Program-made: the position numbers and the translations under genes
The notes under the pieces: generated by a model
Seen by the model: only the letters and a program-made list of their open reading frames with translations
Told to the model about the DNA's origin: nothing
Databases searched by the model: none
From: Gammaproteobacteria bacterium
GTDB taxonomy: Bacteria; Pseudomonadota; Gammaproteobacteria; Steroidobacterales; UBA11654
NCBI GenBank assembly: GCA_002717445.1
Contig: PBDY01000002.1
Location: 39,186 to 103,185, forward strand
DNA: 64,000 nt
Reading direction: 5' to 3'
Shown here: one piece after another, positions 30,537 to 39,894 of the stretch
How the letters are laid out: the number at the start of each line of letters is the position of its first letter
Numbering within the stretch: position 1 is the stretch's first letter

Positions 30537-30656
30537 ATAATCTCACTCGATATTGATTTTCTATTGTATCGGTTAAACTTAACAAAATCTTTGATTTAAT
30601 TTGGATACCTGACAAGGCACAATAATCCTATAGATTAAGATTCGAGGAGATAGAGA

Positions 30657-32153
30657 GTGCAATTTAATGACATGAGAGGATACATTGATGTCCTTAGAAA
30701 AGAAGACTTGCTGCATGATTTGAATATTCAACTCAATGTAGCCAGAGAAACATCTGAGCTTCAAGCGCTGATGAGACATTTGCATAATGAAAACGGTCCC
30801 GCACTCTTGTTAAATAATCTTGAAGGTTACAACATGCCGGATATACCTCTGCTATTTAATCCCTATGGAACTCGTGAAAGAACAGCAATGATTTTGGGAG
30901 AGAGAGATCCACTCAAAGCAAAAGCAAAGCATGCAAAAGTTTTAACCGATCAATCCAGTTGGATTGAACCAAATATTATCAGCAAAGAAGATGCGCCCTG
31001 TAAGCAAAATACAATAACAGATCGGAATATTGACCTCGCGAAGCAGCTTCCTCATGCATGGTTTGGCAAAGAGGGTCCATCGTATATTACTAATGCTGTT
31101 GTGATCACAAAGGATCCAGAAACAGGTGTTGCGAACACAGGCTGTTATCGACTGACACAATTATGGAATGCATCACATCCTCATGGGGAAATATACTCTG
31201 AAGAGGAGCAAAGAAGATGTTTATCGATCTTTGCATTCTGGAATCCCCCTGGTAATCATATCGGTCTTCACTGGGCAAAAGCGCAAGAAATGGGAAAACC
31301 ATTGGAAATTGCCATTGCATGTGTTGTTGACCCAGTGATCCAATTGGCCGGCGCAACCAGTTTGCCGTTTGGCTTGGATGAAATGAATTTTGCGGGTGGA
31401 TTAAAAGGAGAAGCGATCGATGTGGTTCCTTGCGAAACCGTTGATATTGAAGTGCCCGCAAGAGCAGAATTGATCATAGAGGGTCAATTTCTTCCAAATA
31501 GAGATATCACGATTGGTCCTCATTCTAACCCAATTGGTTACTATGATGATGAGCAATTATTTCCTCTTATGGAGGTTCAATGCATCACCCATAGAGATCA
31601 ACCTTTGTGGTATTCAACAATGGAAATGATGCCCCCATTTGATCACAACTATATGGCTTGTTTGCCAATAGAGGGTGAATTACTCAGCGATCTGCAAAGC
31701 AAGATTCCAGAGGTTAAAGATGTAGTGGTTACTCCAAACCTCAGCTATTTTGTTCAGCTTTCCGTTGACGGAGCTCAAAAGCCACATCCTGAGTTTGGAA
31801 AGTATGTTTTGCATGCAGTATGGGGTGCAAGCGGCAGATGGGGCAGAACGGCAAAAATTGCAGTTGTGATTGGACCGGATGTAAACCCTTACGATCTTAA
31901 TGAGGTTGAATGGGCAATATTGACTCGTGTGCAGCCACATACAGACACGATCATCAATCAATCCGGACAGGCATTCCTCATGGATCCATCAGCGCCAAAA
32001 GATTCCGGTCATGGAATTGCACTTCAATCCGAACAAATGGGCATTGATGCAACCATAAAGGTGTTTGAGCGTTTTCATTCATACCCTGAATACAGCAATG
32101 CTGACCAAGAAGCTGTTTCAGCCATTGCTGAGAAATTAAAGGGATCATTCTAG
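30657..32153 (+). CDS. UbiD family (prFMN-dependent) decarboxylase, substrate uncertain
   Basis: 498-aa ORF with a GTG start 7 nt after GAGGAG. It has the UbiD architecture ([24 protein letters not shown]), but it diverges from E. coli UbiD as I recall it. Confidence 0.8.
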   Translation: MQFNDMRGYIDVLRKEDLLHDLNIQLNVARETSELQALMRHLHNENGPALLLNNLEGYNMPDIPLLFNPYGTRERTAMILGERDPLKAKAKHAKVLTDQSSWIEPNIISKEDAPCKQNTITDRNIDLAKQLPHAWFGKEGPSYITNAVVITKDPETGVANTGCYRLTQLWNASHPHGEIYSEEEQRRCLSIFAFWNPPGNHIGLHWAKAQEMGKPLEIAIACVVDPVIQLAGATSLPFGLDEMNFAGGLKGEAIDVVPCETVDIEVPARAELIIEGQFLPNRDITIGPHSNPIGYYDDEQLFPLMEVQCITHRDQPLWYSTMEMMPPFDHNYMACLPIEGELLSDLQSKIPEVKDVVVTPNLSYFVQLSVDGAQKPHPEFGKYVLHAVWGASGRWGRTAKIAVVIGPDVNPYDLNEVEWAILTRVQPHTDTIINQSGQAFLMDPSAPKDSGHGIALQSEQMGIDATIKVFERFHSYPEYSNADQEAVSAIAEKLKGSF

Positions 32154-32169
32154 TCTGCTGAATCAAAAG

Positions 32170-33789
32170 GTGACTGTGAGCAAGAAAACAAAGCTGTTTA
32201 GAGAATTACTACTGAGCAAAAATCTTGAATTCTTGCTTGAGGCACATAATGGAATCAGTGCAAAAATTGCAGAAGAGGCAGGCTTTAAGGGTCTTTGGGC
32301 AAGCGGACTAGCAATATCTGCCCAATACGGTGTCAGAGATAGCAATGAGGCCAGCTGGACACAAGTGCTTGAAAACATAGAGTTCATGTCAGATGCCAGC
32401 AATATCCCAATCATGCTCGATGGCGATACTGGCTACGGTAACTTTAATAATGTTAGGCGTTTGATTAAAAAACTCGAACAGAGAAACATTGCGGCAGTTT
32501 GCATTGAGGATAAGCTTTACCCTAAAACCAATAGTTTCATAGATGGAGATAAGCAAGAACTTGCTGATATAGACGAATTTTGTAGTCGAATTAAGGCAGG
32601 CAAGGACGCCCAGATTGATGATGAATTCTCAATCATCACTAGGATTGAGGCTTTCATAGCCGGATGGGGATTAAGTGAGGCTTTGAAAAGAGCAGAGGCA
32701 TATCATCAAGCAGGCTCGGATGCGATTTTAATCCACAGTGCAAAATCTGAGCCAAGTGAAGTTTTGGCTTTCAAAAAAGAGTGGGGTGACACTTCGCCTG
32801 TGATTGTGGTTCCAACAAAATATTATTCCACTCCAACAGAGGTGCTGGAGCAAGAAGGATTTTCCATTGCAATTTGGGCGAACCACATGATCAGATCTTC
32901 AATCAAAGCCATGCAAGAATCCGCAGAAGAAATCTTTGCATCATCGTCAATTCTATCAACTGAAGGTGAGATTGCTTCTGTCAAAGAGGTTTTTCGGTTA
33001 CAAGGCGTTTCTGAATTAAAAGAGGCTGAAGAAAATTATTTACCAAAAAAAGAAAGGACAACAGATGCACTCATTCTTGCTGCTTCCCGAGGAGAAGCCA
33101 TGGGCAGTCTGACCGATGAACAACCCAAAACCATGATCCCACTGAAAAATAAAAGCATGTTAGAGCACATTACTGATATATATCGGAATCACGGAGTCAG
33201 TAAAATTCATGTTGTCCGAGGATACAAAAAAGAAGCAATCAATTTTCCCGAGTTGAACTATATAGACAATGATGATTTTGAGACCACTTCTGAGCTGTCT
33301 TCTTTTCATATGGCCATTGATCAGACCGATTCCGATATATATTGTTCATTTGGGGATGTTTTATTTAAGCCTTATTTGCTTCAATTAATGGATGATTTAG
33401 AAGACGATTTAGTGATTGTTGTAGATACACAATGGCAGGATTCTGTAAATAAAGACAGAGCAGCTGACTATGTAAAATGTTCCGAACCTCATTCCAGAAC
33501 TAATTATGGAAATCCAATATTTATAAAGTCTGCAGGAGAAGCACTGGATCAGGAGTCCATTCATGGAGAATGGATGGGTGTTATTAAAATTTCCTCTAAG
33601 GTTATGCCATTGATAAAAAAAGAGGTGAATCACCTATCAAAGGGAGAGGATTTTCATTCAATGAAAATGCACCATTTATTGGAACATTTATGCAAAAATA
33701 AGCAACCAATCAGAGTTGTTTACACCACGGGAAATTGGCTAGATGTCGACACACTCGAAGACGTCATAAGGGCTAATAATTTCATATGA
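32170..33789 (+). CDS. pepM: Phosphoenolpyruvate mutase fused to a C-terminal nucleotidyltransferase domain
   Basis: 539-aa ORF with a GTG start. Residues ~1-295 are near-colinear with known PEP mutases ([65 protein letters not shown]-type blocks). Residues ~300-539 form a LicC/MobA-like NTP-transferase fold ([26 protein letters not shown]). Confidence 0.9.
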   Translation: MTVSKKTKLFRELLLSKNLEFLLEAHNGISAKIAEEAGFKGLWASGLAISAQYGVRDSNEASWTQVLENIEFMSDASNIPIMLDGDTGYGNFNNVRRLIKKLEQRNIAAVCIEDKLYPKTNSFIDGDKQELADIDEFCSRIKAGKDAQIDDEFSIITRIEAFIAGWGLSEALKRAEAYHQAGSDAILIHSAKSEPSEVLAFKKEWGDTSPVIVVPTKYYSTPTEVLEQEGFSIAIWANHMIRSSIKAMQESAEEIFASSSILSTEGEIASVKEVFRLQGVSELKEAEENYLPKKERTTDALILAASRGEAMGSLTDEQPKTMIPLKNKSMLEHITDIYRNHGVSKIHVVRGYKKEAINFPELNYIDNDDFETTSELSSFHMAIDQTDSDIYCSFGDVLFKPYLLQLMDDLEDDLVIVVDTQWQDSVNKDRAADYVKCSEPHSRTNYGNPIFIKSAGEALDQESIHGEWMGVIKISSKVMPLIKKEVNHLSKGEDFHSMKMHHLLEHLCKNKQPIRVVYTTGNWLDVDTLEDVIRANNFI

Positions 33790-34931
33790 TTTGTGCTGAA
33801 AAATTTTTAGATGAAGCATTTTATCTGGGTTTTAACGCCTATACAGGTGTTCCTTGTTCATTTTTGAAGCCTTTGATCAATGCATCAATTGAGACCGATC
33901 ATTTATCATACATTCCTGCTGTCAATGAAGGTGACGCAGTAGCTATTGCGGCTGGAATATATCTTGGTGGAGGTTTGCCTGTCGTCATGTTTCAAAATTC
34001 AGGATTGGGCAATGCCGTCAATCCATTTACATCCTTGATTCAAACCTTCGAAATACCCATTTTAATGATTGCCACACTGAGGGGTGACCCAGAGAATGAG
34101 CCTGACGAGCCTCAGCACCAACTTATGGGTAAGATCACAACCCAGATTCTTGATTTGATGGAAGTCAGTTGGTCTTGGTTTCCTGGAAACGAAGATGAAT
34201 TGACTGTAACAATGGAGACGATTAAAGATCGGATAATCGATTACCAAAAACCACATGTTTTAGTGATGAAGAAAGGTTCGGTTGAGCCGTATGAGCTTAC
34301 TGACCAATCTAAACATAAGAATGACCAAGCTTTAACCATAGATGATTGTGTGAACGAAACATCAGATTTGGTGAGTAGAGGCGATGTCATGAAGATGATC
34401 ATAGAGAAAACAACCGAAAAAGATGATTTGATCATCGCTACCACAGGTTATTCTGGAAGAGAGCTTTATGCTGCCGAGGACCGGAACAATCATTTCTATA
34501 TGGTTGGCTCAATGGGCTGTGCGATAGACATAGGATTGGGTTTATCAATGATGCAGCCGAATAAAAGAGTGATTGTCATCGATGGCGATGGGGCCCTCCT
34601 CATGCGTCTAGGTGCCATGTCAACAGTTGGTTTTATGGCTCCTGAGAATCTCACCCATATTGTTTTGGACAATGGTGTGTATGAGTCTACAGGCTCTCAA
34701 AAAACAGTTTCCTCAATACTAGATTTTAAAATGTTTGCGCATTCAAATTGTTATAGAAACTCATCGAAATTGAATTCCTTGGAAGACCTCGATTCGTTGC
34801 TTGAATCAAATAAGAAAGGACCAAACTTCATTCATTTCCCAATTAAGGCAGGAGTACCAAACAAACTTCCTCGCCCTTTAATCTCACCAAATGAGGTTGC
34901 ACAAAGATTTAGAGGAAATATAAATGATTAA
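33786..34931 (+). CDS. ppd: Phosphonopyruvate decarboxylase (ThDP-dependent)
   Basis: 381-aa ORF with an ATGA overlap onto pepM. It has ThDP enzyme blocks ([32 protein letters not shown]...[10 protein letters not shown]), and its position directly after pepM is canonical. Confidence 0.85.
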   Translation: MICAEKFLDEAFYLGFNAYTGVPCSFLKPLINASIETDHLSYIPAVNEGDAVAIAAGIYLGGGLPVVMFQNSGLGNAVNPFTSLIQTFEIPILMIATLRGDPENEPDEPQHQLMGKITTQILDLMEVSWSWFPGNEDELTVTMETIKDRIIDYQKPHVLVMKKGSVEPYELTDQSKHKNDQALTIDDCVNETSDLVSRGDVMKMIIEKTTEKDDLIIATTGYSGRELYAAEDRNNHFYMVGSMGCAIDIGLGLSMMQPNKRVIVIDGDGALLMRLGAMSTVGFMAPENLTHIVLDNGVYESTGSQKTVSSILDFKMFAHSNCYRNSSKLNSLEDLDSLLESNKKGPNFIHFPIKAGVPNKLPRPLISPNEVAQRFRGNIND

Positions 34932-36021
34932 TCAAAAGCAAAATATTTTACTTAATCCAGGCCCAGTCAATATGTCGGATCGTGTAAAGAGACGCATGAT
35001 CAATGAGGATTTCTGTCACAGAGAGAATGAGTTCTCAAGTTTGATACAAGAGGTTAATTCTCAGCTGGCGAGTATTTATGACGATATGGAGGATTATGAA
35101 TCTGTGATCCTAACCAGTTCTGGAACTGGAGCCGTTGAAGGCATGTTGACCTCTTTTATACATGACGAGAAGTCACTGGTGATCAGCAATGGTGTTTATG
35201 GTGAGAGAATGGAAAAGATTTTACGTGTTCAGGGTAAGGCATACCAGACGATCCAATTTAACTGGCTTGATACAATTGATGTTCAATCAATTGCAGACTG
35301 TGTTGATGCCGATCGGAGCATTAAAAATCTAATCATGGTTCATCATGAAACGACCACTGGTCGTTTGAATCAATTAAGAAAAATAGGCCAATTGTGTAAG
35401 GACTATGGTCTTAATTTATACCTTGATGGTGTCAGTAGTTTTGGCGCAGAAGAAATTATGGCAAATGAAATCAACCTGAAAGCCGTTGCTGCATCTGCAA
35501 ATAAATGCCTCCATGGCGCACCCGGTCTTGCTTTTGTGATTGCACATAAGGATCAATGGGAAAAAGCTCCCAGGGAACCCTCTGGTGTGTACTTTGATTT
35601 ACATCAGTATTATGGCATGCAAAAAACAGACGGATTCTCGCCATTTACTCAAGGCACCCATTTGGTTGCCGCTCTTCATGAGGCAATTCTTGAATTCAGA
35701 GAAATGGGCGGATGGCAGGCAAGAAATACTTTATTTCAGCAAAGGGCAGAACAAATCTATGTTTGCTTGCATCAACTTGGTATTGAAACACTGATACCGA
35801 ATGAAGATTACTCATCGGTACTGAGGTCTTATCAACTGCCACAAGGCATTGGGTATCAAGATTTACATGCCTACATGAAAAGCAATGGATTTGTGATTTA
35901 TCAAGGACAAGGCAGCTTCAAGCAAAACATTTTTAGAATTTCAACAATGGGCCACATTGAAGAATCGGATATCACTTTATTGTGTGATTTGTTTAAAAAT
36001 TTTTTCAAAAACCATGGTTAA
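34924..36021 (+). CDS. 2-aminoethylphosphonate:pyruvate aminotransferase (class V aminotransferase)
   Basis: 365-aa ORF with an 8-nt overlap onto ppd. LLNPGPVNMSDRVK at the N-terminus and SANKCLHGAPGLAF (PLP-Lys context) fit the class V family, and the context completes the PepM-Ppd-transaminase route. Confidence 0.8.
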   Translation: MINQKQNILLNPGPVNMSDRVKRRMINEDFCHRENEFSSLIQEVNSQLASIYDDMEDYESVILTSSGTGAVEGMLTSFIHDEKSLVISNGVYGERMEKILRVQGKAYQTIQFNWLDTIDVQSIADCVDADRSIKNLIMVHHETTTGRLNQLRKIGQLCKDYGLNLYLDGVSSFGAEEIMANEINLKAVAASANKCLHGAPGLAFVIAHKDQWEKAPREPSGVYFDLHQYYGMQKTDGFSPFTQGTHLVAALHEAILEFREMGGWQARNTLFQQRAEQIYVCLHQLGIETLIPNEDYSSVLRSYQLPQGIGYQDLHAYMKSNGFVIYQGQGSFKQNIFRISTMGHIEESDITLLCDLFKNFFKNHG

Positions 36022-36772
36022 AGAAGCTGTAATTTTAGCAGCAGGGATGGGAAGCCGATTGGGTGGTCAAAATGATCAAAAGCCTAAAGGGCTTTTGCAG
36101 TTTGGTAGTCAATCCATTATTGAGGAGTCCATCAATAAGCTGATCAAGAATGGCATTGAGAAAATATGGATTGTCACGGGCTATCAATCTCAATACTTTA
36201 AAGAATTAACCAATCATTACAATTCAATCGTAAGCCTTGTGGATAATGCAGAGTATGATCAATCGGGAACATTGCATTCACTGTCGATGGTTGCAGACAA
36301 GGTTCGCTCTCCATTTTTATTGCTAGAGTCCGATATTATTTTTGAATACAGGGCAATTCAAACGATTCTAAATCATCAAAGTGAAAACTGTATTTTATTG
36401 AGCGGTTTCAGTGATTGTGGCGATGAGGTATTCGTTGAAGCCAATCAGGAAGAATTGGTAATGATGTCAAAAGACATGAGTGAGCTCAGCAGCCCGCCAG
36501 CTGGAGAATTGGTTGGAATTACAAAAATAGGGGAAGAATTATTTAAAATGATGATGCAGTTTCATGAAAGCGATGAAAAAAACAAATTGGCTGATTATGA
36601 AACCGATGCATTGGTTGCAGTTGCTAAAGTGATCTCAATTTCCTGCCTAAAAATAGAAGACTTAATATGGTCAGAAATAGATGATCAAGATCATCTCAAA
36701 CGTGCAAGGGAAGAAATTTATCCCATGGTTGTTGAAACTGATTTAAAATATTTTCCTAATTCATCGAAATAA
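36014..36772 (+). CDS. Stand-alone nucleotidyltransferase (LicC/MobA-like NTP-transferase fold)
   Basis: The start is set at ATG 36014, giving an 8-nt overlap (ATGGTTAA) with the transaminase stop. The N-terminus AVILAAGMGSRLG...KPKGLL is the canonical NTP-binding loop. Confidence 0.7.
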   Translation: MVKEAVILAAGMGSRLGGQNDQKPKGLLQFGSQSIIEESINKLIKNGIEKIWIVTGYQSQYFKELTNHYNSIVSLVDNAEYDQSGTLHSLSMVADKVRSPFLLLESDIIFEYRAIQTILNHQSENCILLSGFSDCGDEVFVEANQEELVMMSKDMSELSSPPAGELVGITKIGEELFKMMMQFHESDEKNKLADYETDALVAVAKVISISCLKIEDLIWSEIDDQDHLKRAREEIYPMVVETDLKYFPNSSK

Positions 36773-36784
36773 AGGCATTTATAG

Positions 36785-36982
36785 GTGACAAAAAGGATAA
36801 TAATTTTCTCAATGGTATCGGTTTGTTATGTCAATTCAGCTCATGCATACCTTGATCCCAGTACAGGAGGCATGCTGATTTCAGCAATACTGGGAATGTT
36901 TGCAACACTGGGTTTGGTGATTAAATCATATTGGTATAAATTAAAGTCACTCTTTAAAAAGAAAGAAAAAAGGATTGATTGA
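36785..36982 (+). CDS. 65-aa membrane peptide, unknown function
   Basis: GTG start 12 nt after the previous stop. A hydrophobic N-terminus ending in SAHA is followed by YLDPSTGG, a TM segment (MLISAILGMFATLGLVI) and a Lys-rich tail. It is kept because it sits inside a tightly coupled operon. Confidence 0.45.
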   Translation: MTKRIIIFSMVSVCYVNSAHAYLDPSTGGMLISAILGMFATLGLVIKSYWYKLKSLFKKKEKRID

Positions 36983-36991
36983 TCATTCGAT

Positions 36992-38122
36992 ATGACGACT
37001 TTTTTTAAAGGATATCAAGGATATCGAACATACAAAAAACTACCCAAATCTTTCAAAAAGATTGTTTTTTATTCAGAGAGTTTTCAAGACTGGCATCATC
37101 TCAAGCCTCTCTTGAATACATTACTAAATCAAGAAATAGATACCACCTATGTTGCTTCAGACGAGAAAGACCCTGGATTGCTAAAGCAGTCTCCAAATTA
37201 CAAATCGATCTTCATAGGAAAGGGTTTCTTTAGGATTTTGTTCTTTCAGTACTTAAAGGCAAAGTTGTTTATTTTAACGATGATGGATTTGAATAATTTT
37301 GAACTAAAGAGATCCATGCACTCAGTGCACTACGTATATATTTTTCATAGTTTAACCAGCACACACATGGTGGATACAGAAGAATCATTCGATCACTATG
37401 ACACCATATTATGTGCTGGCCCCCATCAAAAGAAAGAAATTGAATTGAGGGAGCAAAACAAAGATTTGAATGCCAAGAATCTTGTTTCCTATGGGTATCC
37501 GAGACTTGAAAGGTTGATCGAAATGAATGCGAAGCCGGTTACCCATAATAAAGTGATACTTTTGGCTCCCACATGGGGCGAGCAGAGCATTATCAATCTT
37601 ATAGGAATGGAGATATGCTCGATCATCATTGATCATGGTTATTCCTTGATCTTGAGACCGCATCACGAAACCCTTAAGCGCTCACCAGAGCTAATCAATG
37701 AAATAGAAAATCAGTATTCACACACTGAAAAATTTCGATTGGTCACAGAGATGGGGGATTCTCAGTCGCTCTTGCAGTCTGACTTATTAGTTTGTGATTG
37801 GTCGGGAACTGCAATTGAGTATTCACTGGGATTAGAAAAGCCCGTCATTTTCATCGACATACCCCCAAGAGTCAGGAATCCAAATTGGGAGGAGATTAAA
37901 TCTGAACCATTGGAAATGAGCATCAGAGAAAAAGTGGGTCGAATCATCTCTCCATCAGAACTTGAAGAGCTGCCGTCAACCATTGATGAATTACTCAATG
38001 ATGATCAACTCTTTTCAGATCAGATAGAATCACTGCGTGAAGAATTTGTATATAATTTAAGTCATTCAGAAAGCGTTGGTCTAGAAGAGATAAAGAAATT
38101 ACTAAAAACACTCAAAAACTAA
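36992..38122 (+). CDS. TagF/TagB-like CDP-alcohol phosphotransferase family protein
   Basis: 376-aa ORF. The blocks YIFHSLTSTH, SYGYPRLERL, ILLAPTWGE, ILRPHHE and LLVCDWSGTAIEYSLGLEKPVIFID parallel the TagF-family blocks (WHG.., GYPR.D, YAPTWR, KPHP, LITDYSS..KP) as I remember them. Confidence 0.6.
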   Translation: MTTFFKGYQGYRTYKKLPKSFKKIVFYSESFQDWHHLKPLLNTLLNQEIDTTYVASDEKDPGLLKQSPNYKSIFIGKGFFRILFFQYLKAKLFILTMMDLNNFELKRSMHSVHYVYIFHSLTSTHMVDTEESFDHYDTILCAGPHQKKEIELREQNKDLNAKNLVSYGYPRLERLIEMNAKPVTHNKVILLAPTWGEQSIINLIGMEICSIIIDHGYSLILRPHHETLKRSPELINEIENQYSHTEKFRLVTEMGDSQSLLQSDLLVCDWSGTAIEYSLGLEKPVIFIDIPPRVRNPNWEEIKSEPLEMSIREKVGRIISPSELEELPSTIDELLNDDQLFSDQIESLREEFVYNLSHSESVGLEEIKKLLKTLKN

Positions 38123-39894
38123 ATTATTCTTCAGCATGGTTCCTCTGGTATGGCTTTTTTAATGGGCTTATAGCCTTTCTCATTGGAATTCAGTATCTCC
38201 TTTTTTTTCCTTCAAGCACGACATTGCTTTCTGCAAGCTATGTTCTGTTTGCAACCTTGACTCATTTTATATCAATACATTTTCTACCCCTTCTCTTGCT
38301 CTCTTTGGTGCATCGGATTGCAGGCATGAAAAAATTCCTTATCCTCTTAGCAATAATTTACGCATCAACCATTAATACACTGATTGTCATGGATGCAAAC
38401 TTCTTTGCAGTAAACCGATTTCACATGAGTCTTATGACTGCGATCCTTTTTGACAGTGAAACTTATCTTTTTTCAATCCTCCAGTTCATCATTATGGTCG
38501 TCTTTCATTATTTTCTTGGTAATGAAATCGGGAAGTCTCTGGAAAGGAGAAGAAATAAGTCTTTTATTGGTGTTTCTCTCGCAGTAGCCACCATGAGTGC
38601 ATGGATTTATGTCCAAGGTGTCCACATTTGGGCCGATGCAAGCTATCAATCTTCCATCACCACTTTTACGCGATATTTGCCATTGTTCAGACCTATTCAC
38701 GCCAAAAGAGATCTTGCTAGATTGGGTTTAATCGATTCGGATCAATTGAGGAAACAGAATTTGTCTAAGAAAACAATGGATTCTGAGTTACTTTATCCAA
38801 AGAATGAGCTGCTTTGTCGCAGCGATACACAATCAGAAAATGTTTTGGTTATTTTAATCGATGCTTTGCGTCCTGAGATGATCAATGGTGAGATCATGCC
38901 CAATACTGCAAAACTTTTTTCTGAAAGCATCAGTTTTGATAATCACTACTCAGGCGGAACCTCCTCAAGAATGGGTATGTTTTCACTCTTTTATGGTTTG
39001 CCCTCTACATATTGGAGAGTGTTTCATGACAATCTAAAACCCGCATTAATGATTACAAAGTTTGATGAGAGCAATTATGACATACACGCCATCAGTTCAT
39101 CGGGCTTGGGAAGTCCTGCAGTGCTTGATAGGACCGCCTTTGCAGGCATTTCCAGTATCAACCTCAGACCACTTGGTGCTTCCGAAAAAGCCAGCCTAAA
39201 ATTGGTGACAAATGGTTGGGTAGAGACAATCAAGCAAAACCAAGATCCTAAATTCTTCACATTGCTTCATTATGACCCTCCAATCGATGAAGCCAACCCA
39301 AGTGAATCTTTAAATATCGCCAACAAATTTTCAAGAAAGAATGATACATCTCACAATCTTGAGGTCTCAAGATATATACAGTCCATTCGTGATGTGGATA
39401 TGGAAATTGGAAGGTTAAGCAATGTTTTACGAGAAAGGGATATGCTCAAAGACACCATTGTAATTCTAACCTCAGACCACGGTTATGAGCTCGATGATTA
39501 TCAAACCAATTATTATGGCCATTCCAGTAATTATAGTCCCGCCCAAACCAAGGTTCCTTTAAAAATCATTTGGCCAAACAGGGATTCTCAGAAATATTCT
39601 TTTCGATCATCGCACCATGATTTTGCACCAACTTTATTAAAGGAAGTATTGGGTTGTACAAACAGCTACTCTGATTACAGCACTGGCAATAATTTATTTC
39701 AGCAAAAGCCTTGGAAATATTTGATTGCCGGGAGTTATGATTCATTCGCTGTCTTGACGCCTGAAAAAGTCATCATATCCTATGGAAGTTATTTTGAGGT
39801 CAGAGATAAAAATTACAATCTCTCTGAAATTGAAGGCAAGGATTTGAAAGACATGGAGGATGCAATATCCAATATGAGTGAGTATTACAAATAA
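38098..39894 (+). CDS. YejM/PbgA(LapC)-like inner-membrane protein with periplasmic alkaline-phosphatase-superfamily domain
   Basis: Colinear with E. coli YejM from memory (VHIWADASYQ, FSLFYGLPSTYW). It also carries an ILTSDHGYE metal motif. The reading frame is open from 38056 and encodes the conserved first TM (SAWFLWYGFFNGLIAFLIGIQYLLFF) upstream of the first canonical start (TTG 38224). The start is provisionally placed at ATT 38098, and confidence in that start is only about 0.4. Confidence 0.7.
   Translation: MTKNTQKLNYSSAWFLWYGFFNGLIAFLIGIQYLLFFPSSTTLLSASYVLFATLTHFISIHFLPLLLLSLVHRIAGMKKFLILLAIIYASTINTLIVMDANFFAVNRFHMSLMTAILFDSETYLFSILQFIIMVVFHYFLGNEIGKSLERRRNKSFIGVSLAVATMSAWIYVQGVHIWADASYQSSITTFTRYLPLFRPIHAKRDLARLGLIDSDQLRKQNLSKKTMDSELLYPKNELLCRSDTQSENVLVILIDALRPEMINGEIMPNTAKLFSESISFDNHYSGGTSSRMGMFSLFYGLPSTYWRVFHDNLKPALMITKFDESNYDIHAISSSGLGSPAVLDRTAFAGISSINLRPLGASEKASLKLVTNGWVETIKQNQDPKFFTLLHYDPPIDEANPSESLNIANKFSRKNDTSHNLEVSRYIQSIRDVDMEIGRLSNVLRERDMLKDTIVILTSDHGYELDDYQTNYYGHSSNYSPAQTKVPLKIIWPNRDSQKYSFRSSHHDFAPTLLKEVLGCTNSYSDYSTGNNLFQQKPWKYLIAGSYDSFAVLTPEKVIISYGSYFEVRDKNYNLSEIEGKDLKDMEDAISNMSEYYK

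Noticed and set aside
35957-36013. 19-codon extension of the second nucleotidyltransferase (MKNRISLYCVICLKIFSKT)
   Set aside because: It overlaps the conserved C-terminus of the transaminase. The NTP-binding loop starts right after Met-36014, which is the coupled start.
38136-38162. ATG at 38136 as the start of the YejM-like gene, or a TagF-like::YejM-like frameshift fusion
   Set aside because: The ATG is out of frame and hits TAA after 8 codons. The conserved W..W..FN residues upstream of the T6 run are encoded in the long frame, so a T-run indel does not explain them. I saw no convincing slippery heptamer in the 38056-38122 overlap for a programmed fusion. It is kept only as an alternative to be excluded by re-sequencing.
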